Source of the DNA: the human T2T-CHM13v2.0 reference genome, Homo sapiens
Reading direction: 5' to 3' (one strand)
NCBI RefSeq assembly: GCF_009914755.1
Contig: NC_060929.1
Length of the DNA: 64,000 nt
Made by a program: the position numbers and the translations under genes. Under the pieces are notes generated by a model that saw only the letters and a list, made by a program, of their open reading frames with translations, had not been told where the DNA came from and ran no database searches. This document shows positions 14,904-31,889 of the stretch, one piece after another. Each line of letters starts with the position of its first letter. The stretch's first letter is position 1.

Positions 14904-17900
14904 CTATGTTAATTTATTTAACAAAGTAAACATCATGGCTTAGACTAAAGCATGAAATGATTAAAATGAGAGGATATTAGTTCAAAGTGTGGGGAGGAGG
15001 GGCAGTTCTTACTTGGCTTCTACCATTTCCCAGGATTTGGTGCTGTCTGGTTCATTTTAATCCACCGACATAGAGGAGAGACAGGTTCCTGTACTGCATC
15101 AGGCCGCTGTGGCAGGGCAGGGCTGCCATTACCTTGGAAAAATGGATTGCAGTTAAGGATAACCATGGTAGAATGAGGGTATGGTCCAGAATCAACCAGA
15201 AACTCTTCCCACTGGAAAGTCACAAGCCAGAACTTGGGGAGCGAGGAGGGAGAGTGCCCAAAAGCACAAGGAGGAGAGTGGGCATCTCAGCCCCTGATCA
15301 GCACCCCCGAGTCTGCAGGTGTCAGTTGGTTCTCTGCAAGGCATACATCAGTCCTCCCTCCTGAGACGGGGGCTACGTGATGATGTCTATATGTTTCTAT
15401 TACATTGACTCGAGATTTCTTTAGGCAAATAACTATGAAAAAGTCATCTGACAATTCCAAAAAGAAAAATGCATGAGGTGACTAGGGAGTGGCACCCGTA
15501 AGAGTTATTGTTGCACTACACAGACAATTCAGGGCTGGCAGAAAGTGCATTATAGACAGGCAGGGTGGTTCCAGGATGGGTATTAAAAGGGCATCCGCTA
15601 AATCTGTCAGCAGGCACTTTCAAGATGTAACACCAAAGAATTATATCAGAAAGGTCACTCAGAGAAATACGAGCGTCACAAAGTTAAGTACATCAAGAGA
15701 AGATCAGATCATAGGAAATATCTTTTCTCAAAGCTGAAACGATATATTGCAAAAACGGTAAAGTGAAGCACACGGCGGATATAAAGGGAAATCAAGACGC
15801 TGGGAAAAAATAAAATAGAAGCGTAATACAATAGAAGTGAAGCTGTAGAAATCATAAAAGAAATGCTTGGAAACAACAGTGAAACTTATTGAATAAAGTA
15901 AAATTTATTCAGAACATTCAGATGGCAAGATTCAGAAAAATAACCCATGGATTGGCATTCTGGCTGATTGCAAGAGGCTGTGAAGAATACGTTTTTTAAA
16001 AAATTGTCATATGTTCTCATAGAACACTGTATGAATAATTTAACGGGAATGCCACGATTTAGGAAAAGAGTATTATCAGTGAAATGTTAATGCCATTCTC
16101 CAGAATTTGTTTTTTAGGCGATAGTTTGGTTTTAACCAACATAGTTATTTCTATTTGTCACCCCCATGCCAAAAATGGAACAGAAAAATCTGAGGAGAGC
16201 CTTACGATGTGAGCTACATTTATGATTTATTATCTCTATATGACTTAGAACCTGCATTACCTGCTAATTGAGATATTCTCGAAGCATCACCTGATTGAGC
16301 AGCCTCCAGCTGTGTCTCCTGCACTTTTCCACGGCCCTCAGTAATGTGATTTCCTTGTTGCCCAAGGTGTGTGTGTGTTTGTTCTCATGCACATCATCTC
16401 AGGGGCAAAGCACTACTGTAACCACCAGCCTTTCTTGAAGGAGAAAAATGAAAACGATTCTGCATTCACTATAAGTGACATGCCCTTTGTCACCCGTAAG
16501 GGGGACAGATGCATACTGGTTAGACGCAGTCCTGTGAATATTCACAAAGGTCACTGTCCGGTGGTGAGGTGCATTCTGAGTTGAGTTTTCATTGTCTCCA
16601 CTAACAGTTTGGCCATCTGCATAGGTGACCGTCTATCACCCAACCTGGAAAACTGCTCACAGTCATCAGAGCAGAAACACACGTTCTTTACTGCACATCA
16701 CAAAGAGAAACCTGAAATTAGATGTCAGACTCCTGCATCAAAGATTTTATCTTTGCAACCCTTTGAAAGCGTGGTCAGTACTTTATGTTCTGTTATACCA
16801 CACTCAAGGCCTGCAGAGAGGGAGCTCCTGCCCCTGGAGCTGGAGCCCGTGGCATGCGACATTGGGCCACTTGGTTCATTCTTTTGCAAACTTTTGCCCC
16901 AAGCTAATCTGTGCTTTATCCACTGATGCAAAGATAATTCAATTCATGTAATGTTATGCAAGCACATTGAACTTTATGGGACTCTTCAAATCAGCTGTTG
17001 TACTTGTAAAGGAAACTCATGCAATGGAGGAAGTTGCTTGTAATATTGAGTTGCTGATACTGTACTTTTAAAAATTGATATGTAGATAAGCTTTATAGTT
17101 CTAACACCTCATACTGGTTGGACATTTTTCTAAGATAAAACCAGTTCTTTCTGTCTTCTAAAAAAAAAAAAAGTATTGTTAAAGGAAGACAGACCATTCA
17201 GGTTCCACAAAGACACATGCTCTTAGATTAATAAATTGCATCATGCTTCCTCCAAACTACCCTCTACTGTATTCTGAAGAGGTTATTTGCAGATGGAATT
17301 CATAGTGCTTTGAAAATAAATGTCTTACAAACATTACTTAATTTTATTAATATGCTTGAACCATGTACTTCTTCATTTACCATAAAAATAAAATGGAACA
17401 GCTATAATGTGATTATATATTCAAGTACTAATGGGTATGTTAAATATATAAGTTCCATTAAAATCCATAATTTATTGAGGTTTAGAAATTGTGCATCGTG
17501 AACAACTAAATTGTCACTTTTATGATTACGATGAATCTTTTGGCAGTGAGGTTATGGTGATTTTCCAGATCCTATATGCACGAGCATAGAAAAGAGTAGT
17601 CTGGTTTTCCTTTAAAGAAGAAACACAGTATATCAGCAGATAAAGAAACACTGAGAAAATAATTTGTGAGTCTTGCAAGGTCTGCAATAGTGCAAAATAA
17701 TTATACACAGCTTTTATCACAGCTGTAGCTTGCATTAGAAAAGGCAATAGAAATCCTTTCCTAACATATAAATCATTCATTTGTAATATTTGGAGTTATG
17801 TTTTCTTATTCTTCATTAAAATACACCCATGTGGAAGACAGAGGGCTCCAGCACTCACTCTGTGAAATGACTTGCTATTTCACTAGGAAGAGCATGCATC

Positions 17901-18514
17901 TATCCCCACAGGGGAAAAAAGAAAGAACTATACAAACTCTATCACTTCCACAGTGACAAGAAAAGAAATCCTCTTTTATGGTCTCATTCGTTCCATTAAG
18001 CGTATTGAGGTCAATCGTCTGTTAGATTGGCAATGGCCCACTCGATACCCACAGAGGACCCCGTGTGACCCACCTTGTCAGGACTAAGCTACCACGCAGC
18101 AGCAGCCCTCTCCTCCCCAGCCCTTCCATCAGTCACCCCCACCACAGTTGTCCAATAAGACCTGACAAGCACCGGCAGCAGGGCTGACACACGCCAAGAG
18201 CCATCGTGATTATTGTCATGTTATCATTACTGTCCAGAGACCCTCAGCACCACCCCATCAGGCCTCCCACTCCTGTGGACCCCCAGGCAGCAGGGGGCCA
18301 GGTCCAGGCTGACTCTGCCATTAACGGGATGCTCATCTTTCCCCAGCTCCAGCAGCCACTGCCCTTTCCTACCTCTCAAAGCTTCTACCGGGCCAAGAAT
18401 CTTGTGTATGTTCAACTTCTCCGCACTTCCCTGTATCTCTTGCTCTGATTGGCATTTGTCAGTTCCGGAGGACACTGTTTGTCTTGGAGCCCTATCAGAG
18501 GTGGCTGTTTTTAT

Positions 18515-18690
18515 CATTTTGCAGATGACGGGACATGTCACTGAGGGGAAAAGGTCTTCTGCTCTTTATTACCATTTGGGGCCTATTTATCTTCCAGTCT
18601 CTCTGAAAGCTCCCAGCTTTGCTGAAGTGAGTGCTTCAGACGCCACCATGCAGTGGACACAGGCAGGCCTCTGGGTGTGCTCCTCACTCT
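18515..18690 (+). repeat. Copy 1 of a ~180-bp local direct duplication
   Basis: Aligns to 19374-19561 with about 24 substitutions plus 11-bp and 1-bp indels (manual count, ~86% identity). Confidence 0.95.
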
Positions 18691-18708
18691 GCCCCAGGAA
18701 ACACTTAC

Positions 18709-19304
18709 AATGATAGTTAATGTTCTGTGTCTACTAATCGGGGCAGGGGTGCCCAGGTTCAACCTTATGTCTAGGTGCCTGTGAGGTTTTTCTGGATGAG
18801 ACAGGCATGGAATCCCTGGACTCAGTAAGGCAGGCTGCCCTCCCTAATGTGGGCCGGCCCCATCCAATCCATTGAGAGCCCGAGTAGAACTAAAGGCAAA
18901 GGAAGGAGGAACTTGTCCCCCCTTTTTTCTACCTTACTGCTTCAAGTGGATCATCCCATCTCATCTCCTTCCATCAGACCGGGAGCTGCACCACCAGCTC
19001 CCCTTGATCTCGGGCCCTTGGATTCTAACTGAATCTCACCGCCAGCTTCCCTAGGCCTCCAGCTTGCAGAGGCGGATCCCGGGACTTCTCGGCTTCCATA
19101 ATCACAGGAGCTAGTTCCTCTTGATCCATCTCTCCCTTCCTCTCTCTCCTCCTGCCTCTCTTTCTCTCTTTCTCCGTATTGGAGTAGAAATAGAACTCGA
19201 TGTAGATATAGATGTAGACATAGACATAGGTAGATATAGATATAGATATCAGTATAGATATGGATTTCTTATCTACTTTGTTTTTCGGGAGAATCTCAAT
19301 ATAT
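18709..19304 (+). mobile_element. ERVL solo LTR, MLT2B-like, with internal (TC)/(TAGATA) microsatellite
   Basis: tgatagttaatgttctgtgtc...ttctggatgaga...ccctccctaatgtggg...catccaatccattgag...gggacttctcggcttccataatcaca...tgtttttcgggagaa. Confidence 0.85.
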
Positions 19305-19373
19305 CAACTATGTATCTTTCCCGATTGTTAACACTTTTTATAATTTGACCCCATTTTGTCATCTTAATAGTTC

Positions 19374-19561
19374 CATTTCGCAGATGAGGGAATGTGTCAC
19401 TGAGGGGAGAAGGTCTTCTGTTCTTTATTCCAGCTTGGGGACTATTTCTCTTCCAGTCTCCCTGAAAACCCCCAGCTTTGCTGAAGTGAGTGCTTCTAAT
19501 TCCACCACGCAGTGCCCTAATTGCAGACACAGGCAGGCCTCCTGGGCTTGCTCATCACTCT
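19374..19561 (+). repeat. Copy 2 of the ~180-bp local direct duplication
   Basis: Shares tgtcactgagggga, cccagctttgctgaagtgagtgcttc and gacacaggcaggcct with copy 1. Confidence 0.95.
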
Positions 19562-20230
19562 CCGAGGGTGTCAGCCTCAGTTGCCTTCTTCCTGTTCTCA
19601 CCACCAATCACTGCAAGATGTAAACAGCCACGCGGAAGACAAGGCCAACATCAGGCTGTCGTGTTTGTGTCTCACCACTGCCCACGGTCACTTCCTTTAG
19701 TCCTCACTGCCTCCCGTGGTCAAATTTCTGGATGATGTCACCATTGATAACTAAACCTCATCTACATTTTAAATACAAACATTCCACTTTTGCTCAACAC
19801 CTTGTGTCTTGCTAAGCAATCCTTTTGTCCAACTAGGACCTCCGATCTACTGATCCTCTGGCATAAAAGAAAAGAAAATCTCATCAAAAAATTTTAATTT
19901 ACAAAATGAATTACATTCTTAAGATTTAAAAATAAATGACATTTTTATGATTTAAAAATAAAGTAAATGAACACCGAGCCAGGGGCAATTCCTTCCCCTT
20001 ACACACTTCTACTGTCTGTGAAGTTCCCATTTGTACACCCCGTGCTTCTCCCAGGTCAACAGTGAGTTTAGTTTCTTGAGTAAACTTTCAAAGTTTCTCT
20101 CTGCATATTCTAGCAATCACAAAGAAATGTTCTTAATGTCTCATTTTTATTTAAAAGGGAGAAATACTATGCACTCTATTCTTAAGCTTCCTTTTTTATT
20201 TAAAAATAAATCATTAAGATATTTCTATGT

Positions 20231-21495
<1,265 letters not shown>

Positions 21496-21501
21496 TTTTT
21501 T

Positions 21502-21872
21502 GACACTATAAACTACAGACTTTATTTGAATTTCACCCATTTTCTACCGATGCTCCTTTTCTGTTCCATAATCCCACATTTAGTTGTTATTTCACTTTAG
21601 TCTCCTCCAATTTTAAACTGTTTCTCAGTTTGTCTTATTTTTTATGATCTTGACACTTTTGAAGAATACTGATCAGTTATTTTGCGGAATGCCTCCAGTT
21701 TGGGTTTGTCTGATGTTTTCTCATGCTTGGAATGAGGTATGCATTTTTGGCAGGAACGCCAAGGAAGTATCCTCTGTGAATGGTATCAAGAGGTTCATGA
21801 TGTCAGCATGTCTTATTATTGGTGATTTTGATGTTCATCCCTTGGTTAAGGTGGTTTCTGCAAGGTTTCTTA
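21502..21872 (-). mobile_element. 3'-transduced donor-locus flank (itself an L1MC3/MC4-like 3'UTR remnant) carried by the L1PA2
   Basis: Lies between the L1 internal A-tract (21873-21884) and a second poly(A) (21491-21501), inside the TSD pair. Confidence 0.85.
21521..21526 (-). terminator. AATAAA polyadenylation signal of the transduced transcript
   Basis: Plus-strand tttatt, 19 nt from the T11 tract at 21491-21501. Confidence 0.8.
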
Positions 21873-22086
21873 TTTTTTTTTTTTATACTTTAAGTTTTAG
21901 GGTACATGTGCACATTGTGCAGGTTAGTTACATATGTATACATGTGCCATGCTGGTGCGCTGCACCCACTAACTCATCATCTAGCATTAGGTATATCTCC
22001 CAATGCTATCCCTCCCCCCTCCTCCAACCCCACCACAGTCCCCAGAGTGTGATATTCCCCTTCCTGTGTCCATGTGATCTCATTGT

Positions 22087-25927
<3,841 letters not shown>

Positions 25928-25975
25928 TTATTTTGCTCGTTAGTTGATGCAGTTTCTTCCTAGTCTCGATGGTCT

Positions 25976-26989
25976 TTACATTTTGGCATGATTTTGCAGC
26001 GGCGGGTACCGCTTGTTCCTTTCCATGTTTAGCGCTTCCTTCAGGAGCTCTTTTAGGGCAGGCCTAGTGGTGACAAAATCTCTCAGCATTTGCTTGTCTG
26101 TGAAGTATTTTATTTCTCCTTCACTTATGAAGCTTAGTTTGGCTGGATATGAAATTCTGGGTTGAAAATTCTTTTCTTTAAGAATGTTGAATATTGGCCC
26201 CCACTCTCTTCTGGCTTGTAGAGTTTCTGCCGAGAGATCCGCTGTTAGTCTGATGGGCTTCCCTTTGAGGGTAACCTGACCTTTCTCTCTGGCTGCCCTT
26301 AACATTTTTTCCTTCATTTCAACTTTGGTGAATCTGACAATTATGTGTCTTGGAGTTGCTCTTCTCGAGGAGTATCTTTGTGGCGTTCTCTGTATTTCCT
26401 GAATCTGAATGTTGGCCTGCCTTGCTAGATTGGGGAAGTTCTCCTGGATAATATCCTGCAGAGTGTTTTCCAACTTGGTTCCATTCTCCCCATCACTTTC
26501 AGGTACACCAATCAGACGTAGATTTGGTCTTTTCACATAGTCCCATATTTCTTGGAGGCTTTGCTCATTTCTTTTTATTCCTTTTTCTCTAAACTTCCCT
26601 TCTTGCTTCATTTCATTCATTTCATCTTCCATTGCTGATACCCTTTCTTCCAGTTGATCGCATCGGCTCCTGAGGCTTCTGCATTCTTCACGTAGTTCTC
26701 GAGCCTTGGTTTTCAGCTCCATCAGCTCCTTTAAGCACTTCTCTGTATTGGTTATTCTAGTTATACATTTTTCTAATTTTTTTTCAAAGTTTTCAACTTC
26801 TTTGCCTTTGGTTTGAATGTCCTCCCGTAGCTCAGAGTAATTTGATCGTCTGAAGCCTTCTCTCAGCTCGTCAAAGTCATTCTCCATCCAGCTTTGTTCT
26901 GTTGCTGGTGAGGAACTGAGTTCCTTTGGAGGAGGAGAGGCGCTCTGCTTTTTAGAGTTTCCAGTTTTTCTGTTCTGTTTTTTCCCCAT
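25976..26989 (-). CDS. L1 ORF1p, open, 337 aa (one Glu codon shorter than the 338-aa consensus)
   Basis: MGKKQNRK...; REKG, ARR and YPAKLS motifs intact. Confidence 0.95.
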   Translation of the reverse strand: MGKKQNRKTGNSKKQSASPPPKELSSSPATEQSWMENDFDELREGFRRSNYSELREDIQTKGKEVENFEKKLEKCITRITNTEKCLKELMELKTKARELREECRSLRSRCDQLEERVSAMEDEMNEMKQEGKFREKGIKRNEQSLQEIWDYVKRPNLRLIGVPESDGENGTKLENTLQDIIQENFPNLARQANIQIQEIQRTPQRYSSRRATPRHIIVRFTKVEMKEKMLRAAREKGQVTLKGKPIRLTADLSAETLQARREWGPIFNILKEKNFQPRISYPAKLSFISEGEIKYFTDKQMLRDFVTTRPALKELLKEALNMERNKRYPPLQNHAKM

Positions 26990-27892
26990 CTTTGTGGTTT
27001 TATCTACTTTTGGTCTTTGATGATGGTGATGTACAGATGGGTTTTCGGTGTGGATGTCCTTTCTGTTTGTTAGTTTTCCTTCTAACAGACAGGACCCTCA
27101 GCTGCAGGTCTGTTGGAATACCCTGCCGTGTGAGGTGTCAGTGTGCCCCTGCTGGGGGGTGCCTCCCAGTTAGGCTGCTCCAGGGTCAGGGGTCAGGGAC
27201 CCACTTGAGGAGGCAGTCTGCCGGTTCTCAGATCTCCAGCTGCGTGCTGGGAGAACCACTGCTCTCTTCAAAGCTGTCAGACAGGGACACTTAAGTCTGC
27301 AGAGGTTACTGCTGTCTTTTTGTTTGTCTGTGCCCTGCCCCCAGAGGTGGAGCCTACAGAGGCAGGCAGGCCTCCTTGAGCTGTGGTGGGCTCCACCCAG
27401 TTCGAGCTTCCTGGCTGCTTTGTTTACCTAAGCAAGCCTGGGCAATGGTGGGCGCCCCTCCCCCAGCCTCGCTGCCACCTTGCAGTTTGATCTCAGACTG
27501 CTGTGCTAGCAATCAGCGAGATTCCGTGGGCGTAGGACCCTCCAAGCCAGGTGTGGGATATAATCTCATGGTTTGCCGCTTTTTAAGCTGGTCTGAAAAG
27601 CGCAATATTCGGGTGGGAGTGACCTGATTTTCCAGGTGCCTCCGTCACCCCTTTCTTTGACTCGGAAAGGGAACTCCCTGACCCCTTGCGCTTCCCAGGT
27701 GAGGCAATGCCTCGCCCTGCTTCGGCTCATGCACGGTGCGCGCACCCACTGGCCTGCGCCCACTGTCTGGCACTCCCTAGTGAGAGAAACCCGGTACCTC
27801 AGATGGAAATGCAGAAATCACCCGTCTTCTGCGTCACTCACGCTGGGAGCTGTAGACCGGAGCTGTTCCTATTCGGCCATCTTGGCTCCTCC
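26990..27892 (-). promoter_or_regulatory. L1 5'UTR internal sense promoter and antisense promoter; YY1 site at 27875-27884
   Basis: CpG-rich 5'UTR; intact CAAGATGGCC on the minus strand. Confidence 0.85.
27445..27627 (+). pseudogene. L1 antisense ORF0, truncated to 60 aa
   Basis: MVGAPPPASLPPCSLISDCCASNQRDSVGVGPS...RNIRVGVT then CGA>TGA; consensus ORF0 is 71 aa. Confidence 0.85.
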
Positions 27893-27906
27893 TTCAGTCT
27901 ATTTTT

Positions 27907-28565
27907 GATTCACTTTGGTCGCCAAAGTTTTTAGGTTTGTTGTAGTCCTATTTGTCTATTTTCACTTTTTTGCCTGTACTTTTGGTGTTACGTCCAAGAA
28001 AACATTGCCAAATACAGTATCATGAAGTTTTCCCCCTATATTTTTTTCTAGGAGTTTTGTAGTTTTAGGTCTTATATTTATTTCTTTAATTCATTTTGAG
28101 TTCATTTTTTGTGCATGCTTGACGTATATAACTTCATTGTTCTGCATGTGGATATCCAGTTTTCTCAACACTGTCTTTTCTACGTCATGTGGTCTTGGCA
28201 CCCTTGTGAAAAATTATTTAACATTACACAGGAGAGTTGACTTCTGGGCTGTTAATTCTTTTCTATTCAGTCTGTCTTCCAGATAGGACTGCACTGCTTT
28301 GATTACTATAGTTGTGTAATATACTTTAAAATCAGGAAAGGAATGGCCTCTAGATTTGTTCCTCTTTTTCAATATTATTTTGTCTATTCAGAGTTGCTTG
28401 GGATTCCATATGAATTGTAGGATTTTTATTTTCTGAAAAAAAAAAGGTCATTGGGATTTTGATAGAGATTGCATTGAATCTCTAAATTGCTTTTGGTGAT
28501 ATGGACATTTTAATATTAAGTCTTCCAATTCATAAACATGGATGTTCTTGCATTTATTTGTGTTC
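27907..28565 (-). mobile_element. L1MB-type ORF2 3' part; right part of the split element
   Basis: Continues collinearly from 21495: tagtcctatttgtctatt...ttttggtgttacgtccaagaaaacattgcc...gggattttgatagagattgcattgaatc. Confidence 0.85.
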
Positions 28566-28799
28566 TGTGCTTTTTTTAAAATTTTGTTTTATGCAGGTAT
28601 TGATTTATGTAAACAGGAATTTAATTAACGTATGAATCTTTGGATTAGATTGGTTCCATTTTGCTATTAGAAAAAAACGCTGTGGTAAATAATTACTAAC
28701 ACACATGGTTTTATAGTCATGCAAAGTTGTGTCTAGGAAAAATTCCAAAAAGTGGAATTTCTGAGTAAAAATTTATAGGTTTTTGAATCGTTTTCTATT

Positions 28800-28980
28800 T
28801 TACTTATTATTTTTTATTTTTATTTTTTATTTCCATAGGTTTTTGGGGGAACAAGTGGTGTTTGGTTACATGAATAAGTTCTTTAGTGGTGATTTCTGAG
28901 ATTTGGTGTAGCAATCACCTGAGCCGTATACACTGTATCCAATTTGTAGTCTTTCATCCCTCACCCCCATCCCACCCACT
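28800..28980 (-). mobile_element. Short L1PB-type 3' end with T-rich tail
   Basis: ttccataggtttttgggggaacaagtggtgtttggttacatgaataagttctttagtggtgatttctgaga. Confidence 0.85.
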
Positions 28981-29089
28981 TAGCACAAGCTCAAGCTAAG
29001 TGCTCTTCTCTCTCTTGCAAATAGTCTTTCTAGTATGACCTTTATCTCGATGTTATTTATTATTATTATTATTTTGTTGTTGTTGTTGA

Positions 29090-31100
29090 TTTGCACAGAT
29101 TTTAGCTTTTGCAGTCAAATTTAGCAGCATTTTCTTTTATGGTCTCTCGGTTTTAGTCAGGCAGGCTTTCCTTTCTTCAAGGTTATAAAGGAATTTGGCT
29201 GTGTCTTCCAGTTCTTTAATGACTTAGCTTTTATAATTAAATATTGAAACCAGATTTTTCCTGGGGTGTGGTGTGAAGACTGAGTCCAGGATTAATATTT
29301 CCATAACTCAACCCAGCTGCCCCATCACCACTTATTGAAAAGATCATCTTTACCCTCTTATTTTAATTGCCATATTAATTGTCCTCCAAAGTCCCAGTGC
29401 ATTTCAGTGTATTTCCTTTGTTCTATCTCTTCATGTGCCAATATCACACTATTTTAATAATGATAATTTTGTTGTGTGTTTCACCTTCCTTTGTTTTTCC
29501 TTTTAGAGTATTCCTGAATCTTATCTTCAACGTGAGCCTTGGGATCAACTGGTCTTATTTCTCCTAAAATATCTGTTGATATCTTTTTATTGGCATTATG
29601 TGAAATTTGTTAAATGAATTACAGGCATTTCTTTAGCTTTAGTTTTGAGTATTCTTATTCAAGAACTTGGTACTTCTTTTCATACATTCAGTTCATTTTT
29701 GTGCCCTTCAATAACTTTTGGAAGTCTACTTCAAGTAAATGTGGCTTGTTTTCTCTTCAATTTATTCCAAATCATCTTATATTTAAGGTTTGTTATTTTA
29801 CATCAGGAATTTAACTGCATCAGAGCTATTTATGCTTGTTAATTAATTTTCTACATTGCACAACTTTTGAATTGTAATATTGTTTGCAACAGTGTTTAGT
29901 TGATTCTCTTATTTTTTTCAAGAAGCTCTATTATCATATAGTAATAGAGTAATCTTTTCTAAGTTATATATCTCAGTTTTATTATAATTGCATTAGCTAT
30001 TGTTAAATGATGTTGATGATAATGAGAATGATGATCATTAAATAAATGATTTCACACACAAATCTATCAGCAATCTCACTGGATAAATGTGAGTGCAATA
30101 TCCTAAATGAAAAATGAGTAAACATAGTTAAAAAGCCTATAAAAATAATCATTTAATAATCAAATAGAGCTTATTTCAGATATCAGGACAGTATATCTTT
30201 AGGAACTCTATTGATCTAATTCATAATATTAAAATATTTAAATAAAAAAAATTATACTCATTTCCATAGGTGCAGACAGGCATTTGGAAACATTCAACAA
30301 CCATTCATGATGTTAAAAAAAATAACAAATCTAGAACAGGTGACCATTTTCTAACTGATAAAATGTGTCTACCTCTATTCCAAAGCCAGGATTATACTCA
30401 ATAGTGAAACACAAGAAGTATTGCAAATTCACGTGTTTAACTTGTGTCCTATTAGATGGGTAGTTTTAGTGACCATTCCATGATCACATAAACCAGATAT
30501 CTTCTCTATTATCAGAATATACCATTTGTTCTACACAAAGCCAATTTCCTTTATTAATTATATGATTGGGACTTTTATACATTCTTACTTAAAACTTGAT
30601 CTGTCATGGATGTAGATAAATGAATCGAAGTGATCACAACTCAAGTTGCTTCTATTTCTTCTTGCAGTCCCTGAAGCTTCTGCTTCATGAATAGAGTTAT
30701 TATGCTATTTCATGTGTAGAGTTCAGAGCTGCTACATCTTATTGGTCAATAGTTCATTTTTATATTATAATTTCCTTTGTTTAATTTTGGTGTTGTTTAA
30801 TGGTTATAGCTAAATTACTGCTTGTTTTGTCTGATAGGAAGCTCGTGTTTCCTGCTTTGTTTCTCTTTGCTGGCCTAGCTTTGCCTATTCATTAGTTTTC
30901 TCATCTTTATAGAATCACATTGTTTTAGTAATGTCCCACTGAATAACCTAAATTTGCAATTTACTTTGCAACTGAATTTTAAAATGTGCTTGTTTGCATT
31001 TCTTGAAATGAGAAATAGGTTTGGTCTCAGCTTTGCCATATTATTTTATGTATGTTCTATGTTCATAGAAGTTTTAAAAATCTTTGTGTTCAGTTTTCTT
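29090..31100 (-). mobile_element. Ancient L1ME-like ORF2 remnants, containing a + strand segment at ~30050-30430
   Basis: T-rich L1 antisense motifs; internal sense segment ccataggtgcagacaggcatttggaaacattcaacaaccattcatga. Confidence 0.55.
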
Positions 31101-31889
31101 AGTGCATTTTTTGTGCATAGTTTTCTGACATTTAAGAAAGCTTGTATTTCTGTTGTTGTTGTAGTGATTATTTATAATTGTAACCTTATATGGTACCTTT
31201 CATCCTTTCATTACTTAGGCAGTTTCTAATAGTCCCCCTCTTAAAGCAGTGATAAAGTTACCATTTTCCTTTCTCTTCATTGTCCTCTATCAGCATCAAT
31301 TTTAGTCAATAATGTTACCTATTTCGGCATTATCATTATTGCGTTAAATATCTTTATGATATTCTTAAGGTGTATACTATGCATCACATTATATCATTTT
31401 CTCTTTTCTTGCAATCTTTGCTAGTAGCCTCCTTGTGAAACCTCTCATTCTGTTCAGCCTCCCTGATTAGTGATTGTAGTCTTTGCTTCATACTTTCTAG
31501 GTTGACCGATGATTTTTGAAGATATAATTTCCATAATCATTTCTTGATTGGCTGAAATTTCTTATCTGGTAGTTTATGTAAGCATTCAGAAAAAAAAGTC
31601 TTAGTTTTTGTGTGTGAAACACAATAATTTTGTCAAGATAGATCTCAATTTTTAGGTCAATTTTTCCTGGCCTCAAAAGGTGCACTTTGAAAACATAATT
31701 TTAAATCTCATTTCACAAAAAATGTTTTTTTAGATGGCAGATATACAGGAGGTCATCTCTTTCTCTGTGGCAGAATAAGGGAAAGACTTCAGATTTTGTA
31801 AAGTCTGGGAAGTCCCTTCTTCCAGCAAGGAAAATTTGCTTTCGTTTCATTGTTTTATCTTGTAATTTTGGAGACTTCAGTTATGGATA

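Noticed and set aside
15720-15950. A-rich stretch resembling L1/HAL1 ORF1
   Set aside because: Too degenerate to call without a profile search.
18213-18713. 166-aa ORF sharing a peptide (LPVSLK.PSFAEVSAS) with ORF 19345-19623, suggesting duplicated exons
   Set aside because: Explained by the DNA duplication; substitutions are not biased to silent sites and an 11-bp indel breaks the frame.
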